The translations under genes were made by a program, and so were the position numbers. DNA of 64,000 bases. It comes from an uncultured Gemmatimonadota bacterium. Its GTDB lineage: Bacteria > GCA-2686955. The notes beneath the pieces were generated by a model, which saw only the letters and a list, made by a program, of their open reading frames with translations, searched no databases and was not told where the DNA came from. Positions within the stretch are counted from its first letter, which is position 1, and the number at the start of each line of letters is the position of its first letter. The stretch is taken from the NCBI GenBank assembly GCA_964490075.1, contig CAZBBK010000017.1:1-64000 (forward strand), read 5' to 3'. Positions 10,604 to 18,844 of the stretch are shown in pieces.

Positions 10604-11011
10604 GTGGGCAGCACGTCACCTTTCGCACAGGTCCATATCGAGGGAAACCTTCTTCACCAGACCGCCACCCAGGGAGTCGGGCACGCGGCGATCGAAATAC
10701 AAGGGGTGGGGGACTACAGCCAGAACCCGCCGCTCGCCTGGCACTCCGACTACAACCTGATCGTCGGCAGCCTCAACGAGTACGAGTTCGACACCCTGAT
10801 CGGTGCTCACGATCGCAACGAGACGACCGGCAACAACAACCCCCGGTTTCAAGGGCTCATCAGCGGTTCGAACAGCGCGGTCAGCTTCATGCTGAAGACC
10901 GATGCGCAGCCCTCGCCCTGCTACCCGGTGACGCCGGGTCTGAAGTCGGATGCGATCGATGGGGGGTTTCCGGGTGTCGCTCCAGATCTGCGGCATGGCG
11001 GCTTCCAGTGA
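10604..11011 (+). pseudogene. C-terminal remnant of a secreted beta-helix-like protein
   Basis: SDYNLI...NNNPRF...SDAIDGG...APDL resembles the tail of beta-helix surface proteins; no N-terminus or signal peptide. Confidence 0.4.
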
Positions 11012-11107
11012 TCCCCCGGCTCTCGGAACTCCGCATTCGCATTCTGTGGAGTCTCAGGATCCACGAAGAGCTTGCCTTGTCCGTAGCATCTGGTTGTTAT
11101 GCTTCTT

Positions 11108-11905
11108 CTACGGAGCATTTGCGCCAGCCACCGCTCGCTCAAGCCCAGGGAGCACGGCTTCCTCTTTGCTCAACTGTACTCCACTCTGTCCTTTCGCCCT
11201 AACAGCCGGGTACTCGTCCCAAGTTCTGTGGAGCAGCGTTCGACCGGCTCGCTTCTTGTTGACTCCACCCCATTGCTTGAAAAAGAAGGGCACATTCGCC
11301 ACGCGACACTTCCGCAGTATCTCAACTGCCCAGATCTCCTTCATCTCGCGTGCACCGGGTCCCGATTCGCCCCCCACAATGACCCAATCAATTCCTGCGA
11401 GATCGAGCGATGGTAAGCTCCCGAGAAGGGGCTCCAGCGAAAGGAACTTGACCTTCGCATTCGTGGCTCTAAGATGATCGACGCGGGAGAGCTCGGCTTC
11501 GCCTTCTACGCTCACGCCCATCCATATATTGTCAGGCCAAACCAGTTGTTTCGATACATCTTTAAGGCGCTCAGATCGTTTCGTAAGAACTTGGAAGACG
11601 TGCCTCGGAGCCCGTTCCATTACATCGAATACCTGCTTCACATACTCATCCGGCACGGCTTCGTGAAAGAGATCGCTCATTGAATTCACAAAAACAGTTC
11701 GGGGCTTGCGCCACGTCAGTGGCAGCACCAAAGTTTGCGGCTGCAGCGTCACCTCAAAGGCGTTGACGTAGTTCGGTTGGCCCATCGCGCGGAGCCTCAG
11801 GGCCATTCGCTCCGCGTAGCAGTGTTTGCATCCAGCGCTGACCTTCGTGCAACCCGTGACAGGGTTCCAGGTTGCCTCGGTCCATTCGATTGAACTAGTT
11901 GCCAT
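11108..11905 (-). CDS. Phage Gp37/Gp68 family (DUF5131) three-Cys-motif protein
   Basis: IEWTEATWNPVTGCTKVSAGCKHCYA, VFVNSMSDLFHE, FLSLEPLLG, DWVIVGGESGPGAR, FFFKQWGG. Confidence 0.95.
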   Translation of the reverse strand: MATSSIEWTEATWNPVTGCTKVSAGCKHCYAERMALRLRAMGQPNYVNAFEVTLQPQTLVLPLTWRKPRTVFVNSMSDLFHEAVPDEYVKQVFDVMERAPRHVFQVLTKRSERLKDVSKQLVWPDNIWMGVSVEGEAELSRVDHLRATNAKVKFLSLEPLLGSLPSLDLAGIDWVIVGGESGPGAREMKEIWAVEILRKCRVANVPFFFKQWGGVNKKRAGRTLLHRTWDEYPAVRAKGQSGVQLSKEEAVLPGLERAVAGANAP

Positions 11906-11916
11906 GGTCGGGCCCC

Positions 11917-13038
11917 TTACTCATTTGGGAACTCAACTTGCACCCGATCAGCGAAGGCAATCTTTCCGTTTCGCTTCTGCCGTCTACTCGCGGGAGGAGC
12001 TGCAACGAGTCGCCCTGCGTTCTCAAGTTCGCCTAACACGCTCTTGTAGTTTGACTTTATAAAGTGCGTCCCCACATGGTGTTGCTCATAGACTTCCTTC
12101 ATGCTCAGAGAGCGCCCATGAAATTGTTGGACGAGGAGATCAGCCAGATCGTCTAGTGGCTGCGCCAGCTCAAGGAGCACTCCCTGCGCAGCCGCAGCTG
12201 CGTTGTACTCAAAGGAGGGCACGCCTTGAACCTGGGTGGAACTCTCGCGAGCCATGATCTCCTTCATAATCTCATAACCTCGGACGTGCTTGCTCACGAA
12301 AATGAGATGGTGGCTAGTGCGTCCGTGCTGCGGAGACTTGAATCGGAATGGCAAAACGAAGGTCCCACCCATGTCCTTGAGTGCTTGACACAATTCCTCA
12401 ATGACGCAGAGTTCTCGCTCTGCCGCGCCTAGGCCTTCGACCGCCTCTATTAGTGCTTCAGTCCGGGTGTTGCCGAACAATGCCGCCATGTGATCTCGGA
12501 CCAGGGGATTTCGAATGCCCATGTTGATTCGATTGTAATTGAAGAAAAAGATGCAGTCACATCCCCAGTCCTGGAGTACGGAGTTGACCAGGCGAAGGCT
12601 CAAGCCCTTGTAGCCCCAGGGATCTACAAAGAACAGCGTTGGCACAAGAGAGGTTTTCTCCAGAGCTTTTGCCATCTCTTCGTCGACCTCACCATGATGT
12701 ATTTGTGGTGCATGCTTCAGTTTAGTCACATCTGCTAGATTTGCAATCTCCGCACGCAGTTTCTGTACGTTTTCTTCGTCACGGTCATTGAATACCGTCA
12801 CGAGCATTCGGCGCAGATCTTCGTCTGCGATGGCTCGCTCCAGGACAAGGAGCGGGGTTGACGCCGCGCCATCTCCGTAGCGCCCCGGACCACAGAAGAG
12901 ATCAATGTAAGCGAGCTTGTCGGCTCTAGTCTTGGCCCATGGGACAATGACTCGCGACCATGCATCGAAGTACTTCTCGACAATCGTGGACTTCACGAGG
13001 GACTGTTCCTGCATTTCGTCAAAAAGCTGGTCTGCCAT
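11917..13038 (-). CDS. tcmP: Three-Cys-motif partner protein TcmP
   Basis: YIDLFCGPGRY (SAM-binding-like), FFVDPWGYKGL, HLIFVSKH...MKEIM; directly upstream of DUF5131 gene. Confidence 0.9.
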   Translation of the reverse strand: MADQLFDEMQEQSLVKSTIVEKYFDAWSRVIVPWAKTRADKLAYIDLFCGPGRYGDGAASTPLLVLERAIADEDLRRMLVTVFNDRDEENVQKLRAEIANLADVTKLKHAPQIHHGEVDEEMAKALEKTSLVPTLFFVDPWGYKGLSLRLVNSVLQDWGCDCIFFFNYNRINMGIRNPLVRDHMAALFGNTRTEALIEAVEGLGAAERELCVIEELCQALKDMGGTFVLPFRFKSPQHGRTSHHLIFVSKHVRGYEIMKEIMARESSTQVQGVPSFEYNAAAAAQGVLLELAQPLDDLADLLVQQFHGRSLSMKEVYEQHHVGTHFIKSNYKSVLGELENAGRLVAAPPASRRQKRNGKIAFADRVQVEFPNE

Positions 13039-13135
13039 GCTGCATGTCTCCAAGGGCGATAGTCACATTGACTGAAGCCGAGAATAGCATTCTGCTGGAC
13101 GAGCAGCAACTGAGGATCCAAGTGCGCGACTTTCT

Positions 13136-13780
13136 ATGAGCATAACAACCGATTCGACCTCGCTGGCGGCCCGGGGCTTGGTACCCGCACATGCGACATC
13201 GGCGCCTACGGCGGCCCCTTCAACATGTGGGATCCCAACGGCACCCTCCCCTGCGTGGAGTACGTGGAAGGGGTGGGCGAGTGCGGCAGCCCATGAGGCG
13301 CGCCGCTCCTCTTCGGGCACGCGTCGTGGGAAGCTCGGCCGTGCTGGCGACACTCTCCTCTTCGCCGCTCCAGGCGATCGAGGAGAACGCCGGCTGGCCG
13401 GTGAGCTGGGGGCTCAGCGCGGCGCCCGCCGTGTGGTCGCCGATTCCACGGCTTGGGGTGGCCGGGCGCTCAGCCTCGCCGAAGGCCCCGGCCGGGTCTT
13501 CCTGCGCGCCGAAATGCCGGAATGGGACGACTACACGATCTGGCTCCGATTGCGTCGCCAGGGCGACGCGGCGGCAGCGGCGCCTCTGGTGTCGCTGAAC
13601 GGCCTGGTGCCCAGCACCGACCCCCCGATCCCCGCGCCGGCCGGTTGGTGGTGGGTGAGTCTGGGACGAATCCGTCTGCCGGAGGGGATCAGCGAGTGGA
13701 GCATCGAGCTGCCCGCAGCGCCGGTGCTCCTGGATCGCTGCCTGTTCAGCACCCGAGCGGGCTTTCCGATCGCCGAGTAG
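13136..13780 (+). CDS. Hypothetical protein, possibly a truncated C-terminal fragment
   Basis: C-terminal half looks like a beta-sandwich (YTIWLRLR...WWWVSLGRIRLPEG...LLDRCLFST); N-terminus uncertain. Confidence 0.4.
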   Translation: MSITTDSTSLAARGLVPAHATSAPTAAPSTCGIPTAPSPAWSTWKGWASAAAHEARRSSSGTRRGKLGRAGDTLLFAAPGDRGERRLAGELGAQRGARRVVADSTAWGGRALSLAEGPGRVFLRAEMPEWDDYTIWLRLRRQGDAAAAAPLVSLNGLVPSTDPPIPAPAGWWWVSLGRIRLPEGISEWSIELPAAPVLLDRCLFSTRAGFPIAE

Positions 13781-13792
13781 GTCGCGGTCATC

Positions 13793-14029
13793 ATGGCGTT
13801 GACGGATCGCGCCGCTGCTGTGACGCGGTTGGTGGGCGCGGGATCGCCGAGCCCGACTTCCGGCCGAGGGCTCCTGGAGGGGACGGTGGAGTTCACGGTT
13901 CCGGAGGAGGCCGATCTCGGCAACTACCTCCTCGCCCTGCGCGCCGAGGAGGAGGAGGAGCTGGTCGATGTGCGGATGATTCGGCGGTCGTGGCCGGCGG
14001 AGCTCCGAGGCGGCAGCCTGATGTTGTGA
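13793..14029 (+). CDS. Hypothetical small protein or fragment
   Basis: Short ORF with host-like codon usage. Confidence 0.3.
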   Translation: MALTDRAAAVTRLVGAGSPSPTSGRGLLEGTVEFTVPEEADLGNYLLALRAEEEEELVDVRMIRRSWPAELRGGSLML

Positions 14030-14084
14030 TCCCGGTCCTCACGCTCGCACTCGAGCCACTGCCGAGCACCACACAGGGCGCCTG

Positions 14085-14500
14085 TCATGGCCGAGACTCA
14101 CGCCATTCAGGCGAAGAACGTGGCGACCATATCGGCGCATCGCCCAGGTAGACCACGAACGCCGCCGAGATGCGCCCCGCCTCGACCGCGGTCTCCAGGC
14201 CCCGAGCGCTTTCGGGGCGCCATCGCGGCGACGCCTTCACCTCGATGCCGACGGCGCGCCCGGCACGGGACCAGATGAAGTCGACCTCAGTGCCCGCGGG
14301 AGTGCGCCAGAAGGACAGCTCGCCACGGCGGCGTCGCGGGCGATCCCCGCCACGTTTGTGAGCTGCCCGTTGGCCGGCGCGGCGACCTCGAGAAAGCGAC
14401 CCAAGGCATCCAGGTGCCGCACGTCCGCCTCGATGCGCACCTCCCGGCTCACGTAGTTGGCCACGTAGGCCTCGAGCAGCTCGGTGCGCGTTCGGGGATC
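14085..14500 (-). pseudogene. AAA+/DUF4143 ATP-binding protein remnant
   Basis: Two frames: LEAYVANYVSREVRIEADVRHLDALGRFLEVAA...GIARDAAV and LSFWRTPAGTEVDFI...GIEVKAS; middle and N-terminal ATPase missing. Confidence 0.75.
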
Positions 14501-14652
14501 GCTCTTCCGCCGCTGGACTTCCAGGCATGGAGGCGCGCATTCCATGTCACAATGGCGCTTTCCGGGCGCCCCCCCTCGATCGGGAGGCGTCCAATCCAAA
14601 CAACCGCGCCGCGCGGCGATACGCGGCACGCGCGCGACCAGTGGAGACATCG

Positions 14653-16416
14653 ATGTCCAAGAACCTGCGCATCGCGAACTGCTCCGGCTTCTACGGCGAT
14701 CGTCTGACGGCGGCGAAGGAGATGGTCGAGGGGGGACCGATCGACTTCCTGACCGGCGACTACCTGGCCGAGCTGACGATGCTGATCCTGTTTCGGGACC
14801 GGCTGAAGGACTCGAGCCTGGGCTACGCGCGCACCTTTTTGACGCAGATGGAGCAGGTGTTGGGGACCTGCGCCGATCAGGGGATCAAGGTGGTGGCCAA
14901 CGCGGGGGGGCTCAACCCCGCCGCGCTGGCCGAACAGATCGACGGCATCGCGCAGCGCCTCGGCGTCGCTCCGAAGGTCGCCTGGATCGAGGGGGACGAC
15001 CTCTCCGGCCGCCTGGAGGAGCTGCAGCAGCGCGGCAATCCCCTGGCCGACAAGTCGACCGGTCGGCCGCTCTCGGAGCTGAGCGAGCGCGTGCTTTGCG
15101 CCAACGCCTACCTGGGCGCCTGGCCGATCGTCGCGGCGCTGGAGCGTGGCGCCGACATCGTGGTCTGCCCGCGCATCACCGACACCGCGCTGGTCGTGGG
15201 GCCCTCCGCCTGGCACCACGGTTGGCGGCGCGACGACTGGGATCGGCTGGCCTCGGCCACCGTCGCCGGCCACATCCTCGAATGCGGCACCCAGTGCACC
15301 GGCGGCAACTACTCCTTCTTCGAAGAGGTCGAGTCCTTCGACCAGCCCGGATTCCCGATCTGCGAAATGGAGGAGGAGGGCAGCTTCACGGTCACCAAGC
15401 ACGACGACACCGCCGGACTGGTGTCGATCGGAACGGTGACTTCGCAGCTCCTCTACGAGACCACCGACGCGCGCTACCTGACGCCCGACGCCACCGCCCG
15501 CTTCGACACGATTCACCTGGAAGACGCGGGCCCCGACCGCGTCAAGGTCAGCGGGGTGCGGGGCGAGCCGCCGCCCGAGACCCTCAAGGTGGCGATGCTC
15601 TATCTGAGCGGCTACCGCAACGCCGGCACCATCCTGCTCACCGGTCTCGACATCGAGAGGAAGGCCGAGATCGTCAGCGAGGCATTCTGGAAGCTGATGG
15701 GGGGACGGGAGAGCTTCGACGAGGCGCGCACCGACCTGATCGACCTGACGCGCCCCGACCCCGACAGCAACCCGCACGCCTACGCCAGGCTGCGCTTCTC
15801 GATGCGTGATCGCGATCCCGACAAGGTCGGGCGCCGCTTCTTCAACAAGATGGTGGAGCTGGCGCTCTCCAGCATTCCGGGGTTCACGGTGCCGACCAGC
15901 TTGCGCAAGAAGGCGTCGCCCTGCGCGTCGTTCTGGGATGCGCTGGTGCCGCCGGAGGAGATCGACCAGGTGGTGGTCGTCGACGGAGAGCGGATCCCCG
16001 TCCCCCACACCGACCGGCCCGACGAGCCGCCCGCCCTGCAGATGCCCGAGGAAGGGATCCCGCCGCCGCCGACCGGTCCGACCCGGCGGATCGCGATCGG
16101 CCAGGTGCTTGGCTCGCGCTCCGGCGACAAGGGGGGCGCGGCCACGCTGGGGGTCTGGGGGCGCACCCCGGAGACCTACGCCTGGGCGGTCGACTACCTG
16201 AGCGTGGAGCGGATGAGAGAGATGATTCCGGAGGCGCGCGAGCTGCGCATCGAGCGCTTCCTGATGCCCAACATCCTCTCGATCGGATTCCTGATCGACG
16301 GTCTGCTCGGCGAGGGAGCCAGCGCCTCGACGCTGATCGACCCGCAGGCGAAGTCGCTGGGTGAGTTCTTCCGGGCGCGCTTCGCCGACGTCCCGGTCGC
16401 CCTGATCGAGGAGTAG
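14653..16416 (+). CDS. atuA: Acyclic terpene utilization AtuA family protein (DUF1446)
   Basis: LRIANCSGFYGDR, DFLTGDYLAELTM, NAGGLNP, AGHILECGTQCTGGNY, RSGDKGG, DPQAKSLGE. Confidence 0.92.
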   Translation: MSKNLRIANCSGFYGDRLTAAKEMVEGGPIDFLTGDYLAELTMLILFRDRLKDSSLGYARTFLTQMEQVLGTCADQGIKVVANAGGLNPAALAEQIDGIAQRLGVAPKVAWIEGDDLSGRLEELQQRGNPLADKSTGRPLSELSERVLCANAYLGAWPIVAALERGADIVVCPRITDTALVVGPSAWHHGWRRDDWDRLASATVAGHILECGTQCTGGNYSFFEEVESFDQPGFPICEMEEEGSFTVTKHDDTAGLVSIGTVTSQLLYETTDARYLTPDATARFDTIHLEDAGPDRVKVSGVRGEPPPETLKVAMLYLSGYRNAGTILLTGLDIERKAEIVSEAFWKLMGGRESFDEARTDLIDLTRPDPDSNPHAYARLRFSMRDRDPDKVGRRFFNKMVELALSSIPGFTVPTSLRKKASPCASFWDALVPPEEIDQVVVVDGERIPVPHTDRPDEPPALQMPEEGIPPPPTGPTRRIAIGQVLGSRSGDKGGAATLGVWGRTPETYAWAVDYLSVERMREMIPEARELRIERFLMPNILSIGFLIDGLLGEGASASTLIDPQAKSLGEFFRARFADVPVALIEE

Positions 16417-16472
16417 GACCAGGACCGAACGAGGAGCGGCGGGCCCCGTGAGACCCGCCTTACTTCGTGTAG

Positions 16473-18623
16473 CTACTCGTCCTCCATCTCGAGCAGATCC
16501 ATGTCGCCTTCCGCGGTGCTCTCGAGCACCTCGTCGCCGATCGGGTCGCCGGAGGCGTCCATGTAGCCGAGCATCCGCCCAGAGGCGTCGAGCGACGCCA
16601 GCATGCCGCCGGAGGCTTCCAGCGACGCCAGCATGCCACCGGAAGCGTCGAGCACCGCCAGCATCGCGCCGCTGCCTTCGAGCATGCCGATGATCCCGCC
16701 CGAGGCCATCAGCGAGTCCATGAACTCGTGGCCCGAGGCGTCGAGCAGCGAGAGCATGCGGCCGGAGGCGTCGAGCATCGACAGGATCCTCCCCGAGGCG
16801 TCGAGCATTCCGAGAATGCCGCCCGAGGCATCGAGGAAGCCGAGCATCAGGCCAGAGGCGTCGAGGAACGCCAGCATTCCGCCGGAGGCCTCGAGCATGG
16901 CGAGCAGCCCGCCCTGGCCGGTCATCAGCGACTTCAGATCGGTCCCCGGAATCTGCCAGATCACGACCTCCCCAGACTCGTCGTCATAGAGGCAGAACAG
17001 GCCTTCGGGCGTCTCGATGAAGAGCACCAGGCCGAGCTCGGGGTCGTCGATGACCACTCCGAACTGGGTGGCCGGAACGACAGCCGCCGGCAGCTCGTTC
17101 TCGTCGACATAGCCCTCCAGCTCGTCCAGCGGCAGGGGAATGATCGACCGCCAGTCGGACAGCGCCGCGACCGGATCGATCAGCCCGTAGCCGTGCTCCG
17201 GATCCCATCCCGGCTCGCCGAGGTCGATGGCGCTCTGCACGATGATGTTGCGCACGTCGAGCGGGGTCAGCTCCTGGGAGGTCGCGCTGGAGTTCGACAG
17301 GATCAGCGCCGCCAGCGCCGCCACGTGGGGCGCCGCCTGGGAGGTGCCGGCGCTGAACCAATAGCCCACCTTGCCGGGCCTGCGATGGCCGATCGAGCTG
17401 CTCAGGATGCCGTCCGGATAACCGTCGTGATCCTGGTCGCGGCGCACGCCGCCCGGGGCCAGGACGTCGAGGGTCATGCCGTAGTTGGAGTACGGTGTGC
17501 GGGCGCCGAATCGATCCGACGCACCCACCGCGATCACCTCGTTGTAGGCCGCCGGATAAGAGACGCTCGGCACACCTTTGTTGCCAGCCGCGGAGATCTG
17601 CACGATCCCCTGCTGGTCGGCGTCCAGCACCACCTGGCGCAGGTAGGGACCGGGATCGAAGCCGGGCGGGAAGGAGACGCTCATGTTGATGACGCGGTAG
17701 GGATAGTCCTGGTCGATGATGTGCTGGATGCCGTCGGCCAGGGTCTCGGTGGTGCCCTTCCCGTGCTCGTCGAGGACCCGCACCGGCGCCAGGGTGAAGA
17801 AGGGCGCCATGCCGGCGATCCCTCGATTGTTGTCGAGCGAGGTGTGGATGATGCCGGCCACGTGGGTGCCGTGCTGGTTGAGATCGAAGCCGTCGGGCTC
17901 GTTGTCGACCAGGTCGATCGCGGCGTCGATGGCCAGCGACATATCGTTGTGGCGCTTGCAGTACTTGCCGCTGCGCCGGTGATTGCCGCCGCGCCAGGCG
18001 ACGCCCGAGTCGAGCACCGCGATCAGCAGGTCGCCGGTCGGGGCGGTGCCGTGCTCGATGGTCCAGGCGGTCTCCATGTCGAGCATCTCGAGGTTCCACT
18101 GGTGGCGATAGTGGCGGTCGGTGGTCGCCCTTCCCCCCGGGTAGCCGCTGGAGCCGCACACCGCGTTGGGCGAGGCCGCCGCCACCCGCGGGTCGGAGCC
18201 CAGGAGCTCCAGCAGCTCGGTCAAGCCGCTGCGGTCGGCCAGCGGGGCCCGGCGGCCGAGCCGCGCTAGGCGACGAGCGATCGCCGCCGGCGCCGGAGTC
18301 CGCACCTTGAACCAGCCATGCGGCAGACCGTCGCGCTCGATGGTGAGTCCGTAGTCGCGCAGCAGCTCGGCGCGGCGCGTGCCACCGATCCCGGGCCGAA
18401 GCTGGATCAGCAGCTCACGGTCGACGATTTCGACGTGGGCACCCAGACGACCGAGAGGGCTGGCGATGGTCGACCGTCCGCCAGCCGACGGGGCCGCGAC
18501 GGCGCTCTGGGGCGAAGCGAGCGCGGCACTCGACGCGAGGGCGAGGAGGCTCAGGGCGGCGGGTGCCACGATCGACCAGGGCGATCGTCCCGTCGCGTGA
18601 CCGGGGGGTTCGACTCGAAGCAT
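16473..18623 (-). CDS. S8 (subtilisin-like) serine protease with C-terminal decapeptide repeats
   Basis: Triad IAVLDSG / HGTHVAGII / GTSQAAPHVA, oxyanion AAGN; signal peptide and prodomain; start ATG 18623 after CAGGAG. Confidence 0.9.
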   Translation of the reverse strand: MLRVEPPGHATGRSPWSIVAPAALSLLALASSAALASPQSAVAAPSAGGRSTIASPLGRLGAHVEIVDRELLIQLRPGIGGTRRAELLRDYGLTIERDGLPHGWFKVRTPAPAAIARRLARLGRRAPLADRSGLTELLELLGSDPRVAAASPNAVCGSSGYPGGRATTDRHYRHQWNLEMLDMETAWTIEHGTAPTGDLLIAVLDSGVAWRGGNHRRSGKYCKRHNDMSLAIDAAIDLVDNEPDGFDLNQHGTHVAGIIHTSLDNNRGIAGMAPFFTLAPVRVLDEHGKGTTETLADGIQHIIDQDYPYRVINMSVSFPPGFDPGPYLRQVVLDADQQGIVQISAAGNKGVPSVSYPAAYNEVIAVGASDRFGARTPYSNYGMTLDVLAPGGVRRDQDHDGYPDGILSSSIGHRRPGKVGYWFSAGTSQAAPHVAALAALILSNSSATSQELTPLDVRNIIVQSAIDLGEPGWDPEHGYGLIDPVAALSDWRSIIPLPLDELEGYVDENELPAAVVPATQFGVVIDDPELGLVLFIETPEGLFCLYDDESGEVVIWQIPGTDLKSLMTGQGGLLAMLEASGGMLAFLDASGLMLGFLDASGGILGMLDASGRILSMLDASGRMLSLLDASGHEFMDSLMASGGIIGMLEGSGAMLAVLDASGGMLASLEASGGMLASLDASGRMLGYMDASGDPIGDEVLESTAEGDMDLLEMEDE
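16548..16913 (-). repeat. About 12 tandem 30-bp coding repeats, consensus G(G/R)MLxxL(D/E)AS
   Basis: GGLLAMLEAS GGMLAFLDAS GLMLGFLDAS GGILGMLDAS GRILSMLDAS GRMLSLLDAS GHEFMDSLMAS GGIIGMLEGS GAMLAVLDAS GGMLASLEAS GGMLASLDAS GRMLGYMDAS. Confidence 0.9.
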
Positions 18624-18844
18624 CTGCGCTCTCCTGCTGGGGTCCGGAGCGGAGGCGGGTTGCCCGGAAAGGCGCCGCCGCCAAACATCGATGGCCGAGA
18701 TGAGCACGAGCCGTGCCGGATATTCGTTGCAATATGCAACGCCATAACTCGTTGCAATACAGCCTGTTGAGGAGCACGATGGGAGAATCGCGAAATGCAA
18801 AGGACGAATCGCGGCCGATCTGTGCGGCGCTTGCGCAGTGCCGT

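Noticed and set aside
16548-16913. 30-bp periodic repeat as a CRISPR array
   Set aside because: Repeats are in-frame coding units with synonymous variation, no unique spacers, no cas genes.
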